Source of the DNA: Aphanocapsa lilacina HA4352-LM1
GTDB lineage: Bacteria > Cyanobacteriota > Cyanobacteriia > Gloeobacterales > Gloeobacteraceae
Reading direction: 5' to 3'
Length of the DNA stretch: 64,000 nucleotides
Assembly (NCBI GenBank): GCA_019359725.1
Contig: JAHHGR010000017.1
Coordinates: forward strand, 633-64,632
The translations under genes were made by a program, and so were the position numbers. Under the pieces are notes generated by a model, which saw only the letters and a list, made by a program, of their open reading frames with translations, was not told the DNA's origin and searched no databases. Shown piece after piece: positions 1-8,085 of this stretch (its first letter is position 1; each line of letters opens with the position of its first letter).

Positions 1-38
1 TGAAAGTCGGCAACGATGGTCTTTTGGTCAGTGGTCAT
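1..38 (-). CDS. 5' end of a CDS running off the window (MTTDQKTIVADF...), possibly DUF3140 family
   Basis: The ATG at 38 overlaps the TGA of the DUF2945 gene (ATGA overlap). DUF3140 is a usual DUF2945 partner, but only 12 codons are visible. Confidence 0.4.
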   Translation of the reverse strand, partial: MTTDQKTIVADF

Positions 39-262
39 GACTTGGATTTCTCGCTTATTTTTTTAAGAGACTCAGGCTTGTGGGCAGCCTCTTCGCCGGT
101 TTTGTCGCTAACGACAAGAAATTGAGGGTTCTCTTTGGAAGCCGCTACCTTGTGACCTTTAATTTCTATGGGATCAATCAACTTTTTCTTGATTTTTCCA
201 ACAGATTTGCCGCTGGAACTATGCCACTCCACCCGATCCCCAACTTTGAATTCTTCGGTCAT
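35..262 (-). CDS. DUF2945 / hypervirulence-associated Tudor-like domain protein
   Basis: MTEEFKVGDRVEWHSSSG...HKVAASKENPQFLVVSDKTGEEAAHKPESL; GGAGG RBS just upstream of the ATG at 262. Confidence 0.8.
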   Translation of the reverse strand: MTEEFKVGDRVEWHSSSGKSVGKIKKKLIDPIEIKGHKVAASKENPQFLVVSDKTGEEAAHKPESLKKISEKSKS

Positions 263-380
263 GTTTCCTCCAGGCTTTGCTGCCATATATCTTCACAGAC
301 AGGCTACACTGCGCCTTGCCTCTTTGGGTGGAGATTCTTATCGACTTCTGGAGGTTATTTCGAGGAGATAAGAACGGCAA

Positions 381-944
381 TCAAGCTTCCCAGCGGTCCA
401 GAAATTTCAACCATTTTTCGAGCTTGGGACCAAAGCGCTCCGCCAGTATCGTCCATAGCGAAGGTCGGGTCTGCTCCTCGTCGAGCAAAACGGCTTGATT
501 TTGCCGAATCCAGAGCACCTTGCCGTAACCGGGAGTCTGGGCAAGATGGGCGCGCACCCGAGCTAGAGAGCAGGGCAGTTCGTGCAAGATAACCAGATCG
601 AACTGACGGCTTGAGAGCAACATCTCCAGGTCCAGCAGACCGGCGCAGACGCTGTCGACTTTCAGCAAGCGATGCACCAGCCGCAGCGTCTGCGCCGGTC
701 CTATCCGGGTAAGTAGAGAATCGGTGTAAACAGAACCTTCGATGAGCGCGCATCGCCAGCCTTGTCGACTGAAGTTGTCGAGCAAACGGCGCAGACAGTG
801 GTTGCTGCCCGAAGCTGAGGATCGCACAATAGCCCTTCGCGAAGGGTGCGCGCGTCGTGGTGCTGTACGCGGTAAAAAGAGGGAATTGGTCTCAGTTGGA
901 ATCGGCTTTGCAGCCGCCGTTCTCGCTTGTAGTGTGGGTACCAT
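381..944 (-). CDS. RecA-fold protein with degenerate Walker A/B motifs (ImuA/SulA-like); start uncertain
   Basis: [31 protein letters not shown] aligns ungapped by eye to RecA [39 protein letters not shown] resembles Walker B and KVLWIRQ resembles LLIFINQ. Confidence 0.55.
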   Translation of the reverse strand: [187 protein letters not shown]

Positions 945-1056
945 CGCTCTTTGGTGTCGAATGCCATGCGTCCCGAATGTTCTTCCGCTATGCATGGGCA
1001 CGGTCTACCTCAAGGCGCCCCACACGCGGGCAACGGCGACAGGAGGAAAGCGGTTA

Positions 1057-1073
1057 TCGAACCACTGGTTCGA
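1057..1073. promoter_or_regulatory. Perfect 17-bp palindrome TCGAACCA-C-TGGTTCGA, candidate repressor site
   Basis: 8-bp perfect inverted repeat around one central base, in the AT-richer region upstream of the RecA-fold gene. Confidence 0.35.
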
Positions 1074-1344
1074 ACGGGCTCCCCTCTAGATGAACATATC
1101 TATTGCAGTGAAGCTCCCCCATTCATTGGGAGTTTTAAGCCATCGATCCCAAAATCCTCCGCCGGTACTACCTCCTATGGGGTAGGCCGTCACATTCCTG
1201 TACAAAAAAGGTAACTATTCAGGTGGTTGGGTTGACGAAACAACTATGGGCTGTAGCTTACGGCCTGAGTGCGCTCCCGCCGCTGCCCAGTCGTGACCAG
1301 TTGCTGCAGATGCCCCAGGCGCAGGCGATTGACCTGCTGCTGGA

Positions 1345-1839
1345 CTACATTGCTGGCGGACGATATTCCTGCTCCAGAATAGACATCACAATCAGCGAAT
1401 CGTACCGCTTACCGCTTCTGGCGCTCTCGCGCAATGTTCCCTCCGCCAAGAAACCTTCCGACGTGTAGAGGTGTCTGGCGGCGGCATTAAAATCTTTGAC
1501 CTCCAGCCACAACCGATGGAAGCCCACCTGCTCGAAAGCGAAGCGCTTGACCTGTTGCACCGCCTGCCGACCGAAGCCTTCGCCTTTGCGGGCAATGACG
1601 ATGCGCTTCAAACACAAACTGTCGTCGGGATTGCGCAGGCCGTGCAAGATCAAATAGCCTACCACCGCGTCCTCCGACTCAATCACCAGGTGCGCCCAGT
1701 CCGGAGCCAGCAGGCGGGCGCGGTGCTCGTCTGCCGACCATTGGCGGATGTAGGGCCGGTTGTCGGGGCTTTGCTCCTGTGCTAGGACGAAATCGAGGTC
1801 GGCTTCGGTTGTGGGACGAAGGCTGATGGTCTTCTCCAT
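1345..1839 (-). CDS. GNAT family N-acetyltransferase (RimL/SpeG-like)
   Basis: ISLRPTTEADLDFV...KGEGFGRQAV...FHRLWLEVKDFNAAARHLYTSEGFLAEGTLRES. Confidence 0.85.
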   Translation of the reverse strand: MEKTISLRPTTEADLDFVLAQEQSPDNRPYIRQWSADEHRARLLAPDWAHLVIESEDAVVGYLILHGLRNPDDSLCLKRIVIARKGEGFGRQAVQQVKRFAFEQVGFHRLWLEVKDFNAAARHLYTSEGFLAEGTLRESARSGKRYDSLIVMSILEQEYRPPAM

Positions 1840-1878
1840 CGGCTGGGGTTTCGTAAGGGTTCGGAGTTCATTGTAGAC

Positions 1879-3066
1879 ATGCAAACATTCGTAGACGATT
1901 CCAATGCGCAGCTGCGCGCGCTCATCGCACGGCGGGTCTCAGCCGGCCCGGGCGGGCGGCTGAATTTTGCCGAATTTATGGAACTGGCGCTCTACCATCC
2001 CGAACTCGGCTACTACGCCACGCACCCGGGGCGCATCGGCGGGCGGGGCGATTACATCACAGCTGCGCACCTGGGAAGCGACTTCGGCGAACTGTTGGCC
2101 GTTCAGGCCGCCCAGCTGTGGCGGCATCTGGGAAAGCCCGAGCGTTTCGACTTCGTGGAGATGGGGGCAGGACAGGGGCTATTTGCCGCCGATTTTTTGC
2201 GCCACGCCCACGCAAACCTGCCGGATTTTGCCACTGCCCTCAACTACCGGATTGTCGAGCGCTCCGTAGTGCAGATCGCCGAGCAACGCCGGGTGCTTGC
2301 CGGTCTGGCGGTGCACTGGTGCGATTTGGAGCAAATTGCCCCCGACTCGGTGGCAGGCTGTTTTTTTGCCAACGAGCTGGTGGACGCCCTGCCGGTGCAT
2401 CAGTTCGTTGTTCACCGGGGGGAATTGCTCGAGATTTATGTCGCCCTCGAAGGGGAGCGCGATTTTGTCGAGGTGGCGGCGGCCCCTTCCACCCCTCGCC
2501 TCGCAGCTTTTCTCGATCGCTGCGGCATATCGACAGCGTTACTGGGTGGGGGTTACCGCAGCGAGGTGAACTTGGCGGCCCTCGACTGGATCGAGGCGGT
2601 GGCCCGGCGGCTGGCACATGGCTATGTGATCACCGTCGATTACGGTTACACCGCCCGCCAGTACTACGCTCCCCAGCGCCAGGGCGGCACGCTCGCCTGC
2701 TACCACCGCCACCGGGTCCACGACAATCCGTACCTGCACATCGGCAACCAGGACATCACCGCCCACGTCAACTTCACCGCCCTCGAAACCCACGGTACCG
2801 CCTGCGGTCTTCAAACTCTGGGTTTTACCCGCCAGAGCTTCTTTTTGCTCGCTCTGGGCCTTGGGGAGCGGCTCGCGGCCTTGGGCGCCTCCGGGGCTAT
2901 CGAGAATTACGCCCAACTCAACGAAGCGTTGCGGCGGCGGGAGGCGCTGCGCACCCTGGTCGAGCCCAGCAGTATGGGCGATTTCGGCGTGCTGATCCAG
3001 GGCAAAAACGCCGGTCTGGATCTGCCGCTCGCGGGTCTTTCGCTGCCCGCTCAAACTCTGTCTTAG
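1879..3066 (+). CDS. MidA/NDUFAF7 family (DUF185) class I SAM-dependent methyltransferase
   Basis: FAEFMELALYHPELGYY, GDYITA, VEMGAGQG, FFANELVDALPVH, IDYG-like VTVDYG, DITAHVNF. Confidence 0.9.
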   Translation: MQTFVDDSNAQLRALIARRVSAGPGGRLNFAEFMELALYHPELGYYATHPGRIGGRGDYITAAHLGSDFGELLAVQAAQLWRHLGKPERFDFVEMGAGQGLFAADFLRHAHANLPDFATALNYRIVERSVVQIAEQRRVLAGLAVHWCDLEQIAPDSVAGCFFANELVDALPVHQFVVHRGELLEIYVALEGERDFVEVAAAPSTPRLAAFLDRCGISTALLGGGYRSEVNLAALDWIEAVARRLAHGYVITVDYGYTARQYYAPQRQGGTLACYHRHRVHDNPYLHIGNQDITAHVNFTALETHGTACGLQTLGFTRQSFFLLALGLGERLAALGASGAIENYAQLNEALRRREALRTLVEPSSMGDFGVLIQGKNAGLDLPLAGLSLPAQTLS

Positions 3067-3126
3067 GGTGTATTCCACGGCCTGGGGAATACGACTAGTC
3101 TTGTGGGTACTCCGAGACCCCGCCCG

Positions 3127-4311
3127 ATGGTTAGTATTGAAACCCGCGCCGACCAGATGGTCCTAAATCTAGGGCCGCACCACCCTTCCACCCACGGCGT
3201 ACTACGGCTTGTCGTCACTCTCGACGGCGAAAATGTCGTCGACTGTCGGCCGGTGCTGGGTTACTTGCACCGTGGCATGGAAAAAATCGGCGAGAACCGC
3301 ACGATCATCCAGTATTTGCCCTACTGTTCGCGCTGGGATTATGCAGCGGCGATGATGAACGAAGCGCCTGTAGTCAACGCTCCGGAGGCGATGGCCAGGG
3401 TGAAGGTACCGCGCCGGGCGAGTTACATCCGTGTGATCATGCTTGAGCTGTCGCGCATTGCTAACCACCTGCTGTGGGTGGGGCCGTTCTTGCTTGACAT
3501 GGGAGCGCAGTCGCCATTTTTCTATATCTTGCGCGAGCGCGAATTGATTCTCGACCTGTTCGAGGCGGCCACGGGGCTGCGCATGGTGGGCAACAATTAT
3601 TTTCGCGTCGGTGGGGTAACGGTGGATTTGCCCTACGGCTGGGTCGACAAGGCCCGTGATCTTTGCGACGTGATACCCGGAAAGATCGACGAGTACGAAC
3701 GGCTAATCACCAACAACCCGATCTTCCGCCGCCGCATCGAAAACTTGGGCTACATCAGCCGCGAGGATGCGATCAACTGGGGACTGTCCGGGCCGATGCT
3801 GCGCGCCTCGGGCGTCAAGTGGGATCTGCGCAAGGTTGATCACTACGAAATTTACGACGAACTGGACTGGGACATCGCCTGGGACACCGGTGGCGACTGT
3901 CTGGCGCGCTATGTCGTGCGCATCCAGGAGATGCGCGAGTCGGTCAAAATTATTCGTCAGGCCCTCGATCAGTTGCCCGGTGGCCCTTACGAGCAGCTGG
4001 AGGCGCGCCGTCTTACCGAGGGACCGAAGTCGGAGTGGAACAGTTTCGACTACCAGTTCATCGGCAAAAAGTCTTCGCCGACGTTCAAGATTCCCACGGG
4101 CGAATATTATGCCCGCTCGGAAGAAGCGAAGGGCGAACTGGGCATCTACGTCGTCGGCCGCGACGACACGACGCCCTGGCGCTGGAAGATCCGCACGCCG
4201 GATTTTGCCAACCTGGCCATCTTGCCGATGATTTTGCAGGGCACGAAGGTCGCAGATTTGGTCGTGGTGCTCGGTTCGATCGACATCATCATGGGCTCGG
4301 TCGACCGCTGA
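3127..4311 (+). CDS. ndhH: NAD(P)H-quinone oxidoreductase (NDH-1) subunit H
   Basis: [26 protein letters not shown]-terminal [13 protein letters not shown]. Confidence 0.97.
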   Translation: MVSIETRADQMVLNLGPHHPSTHGVLRLVVTLDGENVVDCRPVLGYLHRGMEKIGENRTIIQYLPYCSRWDYAAAMMNEAPVVNAPEAMARVKVPRRASYIRVIMLELSRIANHLLWVGPFLLDMGAQSPFFYILRERELILDLFEAATGLRMVGNNYFRVGGVTVDLPYGWVDKARDLCDVIPGKIDEYERLITNNPIFRRRIENLGYISREDAINWGLSGPMLRASGVKWDLRKVDHYEIYDELDWDIAWDTGGDCLARYVVRIQEMRESVKIIRQALDQLPGGPYEQLEARRLTEGPKSEWNSFDYQFIGKKSSPTFKIPTGEYYARSEEAKGELGIYVVGRDDTTPWRWKIRTPDFANLAILPMILQGTKVADLVVVLGSIDIIMGSVDR

Positions 4312-4339
4312 ACCGGACAAGAGGTATCGGGTGGATGCA

Positions 4340-4368
4340 GGGGTGCGCTTCGTCGCACCCCTTTTTTT
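4340..4368 (+). terminator. Rho-independent terminator after ndhH
   Basis: GGGGTGCG-CTTCGT-CGCACCCC followed by T7. Confidence 0.85.
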
Positions 4369-4497
4369 GAGATGGCATATCGCAACAAAATCTGCAAAAC
4401 GGGTTGACTGGAGATGCGGACATGCTCAAGCCCTAACCCGAACTGACGTTAAAATAAACGTGCACTCTTGCCAGGGAAGCGGGCTGTAGGGTTGATG

Positions 4498-7200
4498 TTA
4501 TTGGGCGCTTTTTAAGGCTTTCTCGATCGCCGGCAGGGACAACCTGTAGCCTTCCGTTTCGTCGCTGAGCCGTCCCTGACTGCGCAACCGCAACAGTACC
4601 TCCCTCCCCATCAGAAGGTTGCGGCGCTCTGGTATCCGCACCCGCCGCTGGGCCATAGCGAGGTTGTAGAGCGCGTGGGCGTGAGCCTGGCCATGGAGCG
4701 AAGACCCGGTCAATCCCCAGACACGAGCACATAGATCGGCGGCTTGTGCGGACAACCGCAAACTCTCGGCCGCCTGAGCGCGGGTGGCAGCCAACTCCGC
4801 CTGCGCTCCCAGGACCGAGGCGAACCTGCTGAGATGTTCGATGTTGGCGCCGTCAATCTCACCAAGGCGGCGCAAGGTCTGGAAAGCGTATACCAGCGAC
4901 CCTTCGGCCTCGGCCGTTTTGCCCTGCTTGATCAGCACCTGGGCCAGCATCCAGGCGAGATCGGCACAGAGGGTGTTCACCTCCGCATTGTCGATTTTCT
5001 GTTGCTGCAACATTTTGCCGAGGGCCAAGGCTTCGCGATACTGGGAAATCGCCAGGGCAGTCTCGCGGCGGGCCGTGTGCAGATTAGCGAGCGCACCTAG
5101 CCCGCCCATCAGGTTTTGCCGCACACCGACGTCGGCGGGGTCAGCTGCGAGGAGCTGCCGTTGCCATTGCACCCCTTCGCGATACAGCTCCAGGGCGGCT
5201 TTTTGCTGGCCCTGCTGCTCGGCGCACCAACCGGCGTTCTGCAGCCCGATAGCCTGGCGACGCCACAGCAAAGGATGTCCGGCTGCTCCCTGACGCGCGC
5301 GGCGGTGCATCTGCAGAGCTTCGCGATAGCGCTCGCAGCCGCGGTCGACTTGACCCGCGGCGTAGTGCATGTCCGCCAGTCGTTCAAGGCCGATGGCGTG
5401 GGCGGAGTAGGCCTCCGCCGTACCTTCACCGTGGGCAAGCGAGTCTTGGTAGATGCCGGCGCTGCGCAGATAGAGGGTTTTAGCCTCCGCCAGCTTGCCG
5501 CCGTTATAAAAAATATCCCCCTGGCGCTGCAGGAGGTTGGCCAGATTGCGGCGGTGCGTTGCCGGGGCACCGGGGGCACCGGCTGCCGCTTCGGCGAACG
5601 GCCGGGCCCACCGGTAGAGGCGCTCCGCCTGCTCCGCCTGTCCGGTGTCCCGCAGGACATCCCCCAGTTCCACCAGCGCTGCGGCCAGCACCGCCTTGTC
5701 CTGGGGGGTCGAACCCGCGTCGCCCGCCAAGGCCCGGGCCTGGCGCACGGCAAGGGTGGCCCGCTTAGAAGCGCGGCGATAATCGCCGAGTTGGCGGTAA
5801 GCCTGGGAGAGCACCCGATTCGCCTCGGCGCTCTGCCGCTGCAGCTCGGCGGTGGTTCCTCCCTGGACATTCACCTCGTCGAAAATCTCGCCGGCGCGGA
5901 CCAACAGTCCCAGGCGGCTTTGCGTCGGACCGAGCATTTGGCCAAGCCCCCCAGCCATCTCGTGCACCATCGAATTGGCGGCCCGCACCGCCAGGTCCCG
6001 CTGGATTTGGGCGGAGCGCGCCTGCCACCCGGCCGCCGCCATCCCCCCCGCCAGCGAAAGGACTACCAAACCCGCCGCCGCCACGGCCGCTTTGTTCCTG
6101 CCCACGAACTTGCCCGTGCGGTAGCGCCAGGTGTCCTCCCGAGCTGCGACGGGCAACCCCTCCAGGTGGCGCTCGATGTCCCGGACCAATTGATCCACCG
6201 AACCGTAGCGCCGGGCCGGTTCCTTGCGCAGCGCCATCAGGACGATGTTGTCGAGGTCGCCTTGCAAAGCCCGCCGCCAAAGTGCCCCGGTGGCGCTGGG
6301 CTTTTGCGGTTCTTCGTAGTGGATCGCCTGCAAAAAAGCCTGGGGATCCTCCTCTGCGCTCACCCGGTAGGGGGACCGCCCGGTGAGCAGTTCGTACAAC
6401 AGCACCCCCAGCGAGTAGACGTCGCTTGCCGTGGTGACAGTCCCGCCGCGCAACTGTTCGGGGCTTGCGTGGGTGGGGGTGAGCATGCGGGCGAGCGTCG
6501 CCGTCGGCTGCGGCACGGATCCACCCGCGGGTACGTCGAGCAGCTTGGCGATGCCAAAATCCAGCAGCTTCGGTTCACCCGCAGTTGTCACCAGGATATT
6601 GCCGGGCTTGATATCGCGGTGGACGATCAGGTTCTGGTGGGCGTACTGGAGCGCGGCGCCCACGCGGCAGAAGAGCTTGAGCCGCTCGCTAAGCGGGAGA
6701 TTGCGCCTGCGGCAGTACTCGTCGATGGGCACGCCCTCGACATATTCCATCACCAGGTAGGGCAGCCCCTCCCGCGTCGTACCGCCGTCGAGCAACCGGG
6801 CAATGTTGGGGTGTTCGAGGTTGGCCAACAGCTGCCTTTCGATCTGAAAACGTTCCACCAGATGGGCGGATTCCCCACCGGGCCGGATCAACTTGATGGC
6901 CACCTGCTTGCGAAATTGCTCGTCGGCCCGATCGGCCAGATACACCACGCTCATCCCACCCCGGCCAATTTCGCGCAGCACCCGGTAGGCCCCGAGCCGC
7001 GCACCGACCACCGAAAAGACGGGCGCCTCCAAAAAGTTTTCGGCCCGCTCGTGCCAGGCAAGCAACGACTCGACCTCCGCCCGCAGCGCCGCATCTTCGG
7101 GAGCCAGGTTGTGGAGAAAGGCCGAACGCTCGGTAGAATCCAGCTCGACCGCCCGGTCGAATAGGGCACCGACCCGCTGCCATTTTTCGAAGGTATTCAC
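4498..7200 (-). CDS. Membrane-anchored Hanks-type Ser/Thr kinase with C-terminal TPR-like region (ECF-associated type)
   Basis: IGRGGMSVVY, VAIK, HRDIKPGN, DFGIAK, ASPEQ; TM segment AAVAAAGLVVLSLAGGMAAAGW; helical repeats follow. The GTG at 7200 overlaps the sigma factor TGA. Confidence 0.9.
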   Translation of the reverse strand: MNTFEKWQRVGALFDRAVELDSTERSAFLHNLAPEDAALRAEVESLLAWHERAENFLEAPVFSVVGARLGAYRVLREIGRGGMSVVYLADRADEQFRKQVAIKLIRPGGESAHLVERFQIERQLLANLEHPNIARLLDGGTTREGLPYLVMEYVEGVPIDEYCRRRNLPLSERLKLFCRVGAALQYAHQNLIVHRDIKPGNILVTTAGEPKLLDFGIAKLLDVPAGGSVPQPTATLARMLTPTHASPEQLRGGTVTTASDVYSLGVLLYELLTGRSPYRVSAEEDPQAFLQAIHYEEPQKPSATGALWRRALQGDLDNIVLMALRKEPARRYGSVDQLVRDIERHLEGLPVAAREDTWRYRTGKFVGRNKAAVAAAGLVVLSLAGGMAAAGWQARSAQIQRDLAVRAANSMVHEMAGGLGQMLGPTQSRLGLLVRAGEIFDEVNVQGGTTAELQRQSAEANRVLSQAYRQLGDYRRASKRATLAVRQARALAGDAGSTPQDKAVLAAALVELGDVLRDTGQAEQAERLYRWARPFAEAAAGAPGAPATHRRNLANLLQRQGDIFYNGGKLAEAKTLYLRSAGIYQDSLAHGEGTAEAYSAHAIGLERLADMHYAAGQVDRGCERYREALQMHRRARQGAAGHPLLWRRQAIGLQNAGWCAEQQGQQKAALELYREGVQWQRQLLAADPADVGVRQNLMGGLGALANLHTARRETALAISQYREALALGKMLQQQKIDNAEVNTLCADLAWMLAQVLIKQGKTAEAEGSLVYAFQTLRRLGEIDGANIEHLSRFASVLGAQAELAATRAQAAESLRLSAQAADLCARVWGLTGSSLHGQAHAHALYNLAMAQRRVRIPERRNLLMGREVLLRLRSQGRLSDETEGYRLSLPAIEKALKSAQ

Positions 7201-7793
7201 CCTTGCAGTTCCCGCGCCAGCCATGCCTTTGCGAGCATCCAGCGCCGTTTTACCGTCGCAACGGAGATGCCCAATTCCTGGGCAACCATTTCGATGGTGA
7301 ACCCTCCGAAGTAGCGCAGCTCAACGATCCGGCCCAGCTGCTCGTCGAGCGCCGTTAACCTTTGCAACGCCGCGTGCAGGGCGAGCAACTCCTCGTCGTT
7401 TTCGAGCGCCATCAACCCCTCCTCAGAACCGTTCGCAGCGATTTCTCCCGCTGTATCCAGGGGAATATGCACAAAACCGCCTCCGCGTTTTTCCGCCTGG
7501 CGTTTGCGGGCGTAGTCCACCAGGGCGTGGCGCATGGCCCGGGCCGCGACCGCATAAAAATGGTGGCGACCCTGCCAGGCCGGAACGCGCTTTTGATCGA
7601 CCAGCCTCAGGTACGCTTCATTGAGCAGGGCAGTCGCCTGCAAGGTGAGATGGGTCCGTCTGTAGCTTGTGCAGCGATTGGCGAGTACATGCAATTGCTC
7701 GTAAATGAGCGGATAGAGCCTGTCGAGGGCTTGCCGGTCGCCGCTGCTCCACTGCTGAAGTAGCAGGGTCACATCGTTGTCGCAAGGTTTCAC
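7197..7793 (-). CDS. ECF sigma factor, ECF43-like (TIGR02999-type)
   Basis: DVTLLLQQWSSGDRQALDRLYPLIYEQL, TLQATALLNEAYLRL, ALVDYARKRQAEKRGGG, IVELRYFGG, TVKRRWMLAKAWL; GTG start assumed at 7793. Confidence 0.88.
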   Translation of the reverse strand: MKPCDNDVTLLLQQWSSGDRQALDRLYPLIYEQLHVLANRCTSYRRTHLTLQATALLNEAYLRLVDQKRVPAWQGRHHFYAVAARAMRHALVDYARKRQAEKRGGGFVHIPLDTAGEIAANGSEEGLMALENDEELLALHAALQRLTALDEQLGRIVELRYFGGFTIEMVAQELGISVATVKRRWMLAKAWLARELQG

Positions 7794-8085
7794 CGAGGGT
7801 CTCTCAACGAGTACTGGTATGGAAAGATTGACATGTTGTGTTGATTTTTGATCGTCCCTTGAGCCGAAGCGCCACGACGCCCGGTTGCCTGTTCGCGCCT
7901 GCCAACTGCACAAAGACACTAGAGTCGATTGAAAAAATTTATGCACCGACAGCTACAGGAACGCTGCGATACGCCATAGCGCCCCGAAGACCCGTTTGCA
8001 GGAGCTGGGCTTTCTTTGACTGCCGATGTGGACCGGTGTGCACTGGACAGGCAAACCGGCAAGCTTTAGACGTCTGTGTCGCTGA

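Noticed and set aside
701-967. 88-aa ORF as a frameshifted N-terminus of the RecA-fold protein
   Set aside because: The 381-1001 frame is open throughout and already contains the P-loop-like segment, so no frameshift is needed.
1223-1468. 81-aa plus-strand ORF
   Set aside because: Half of it overlaps the GNAT gene, and it has no RBS or motif; it cannot be supported.
5116-7164. 682-aa plus-strand ORF and many other long antisense ORFs (e.g. 23796-25538, 46127-47362, 47433-48983)
   Set aside because: They are shadows of well-supported genes on the opposite strand, typical of GC-rich DNA, and show no family motifs.
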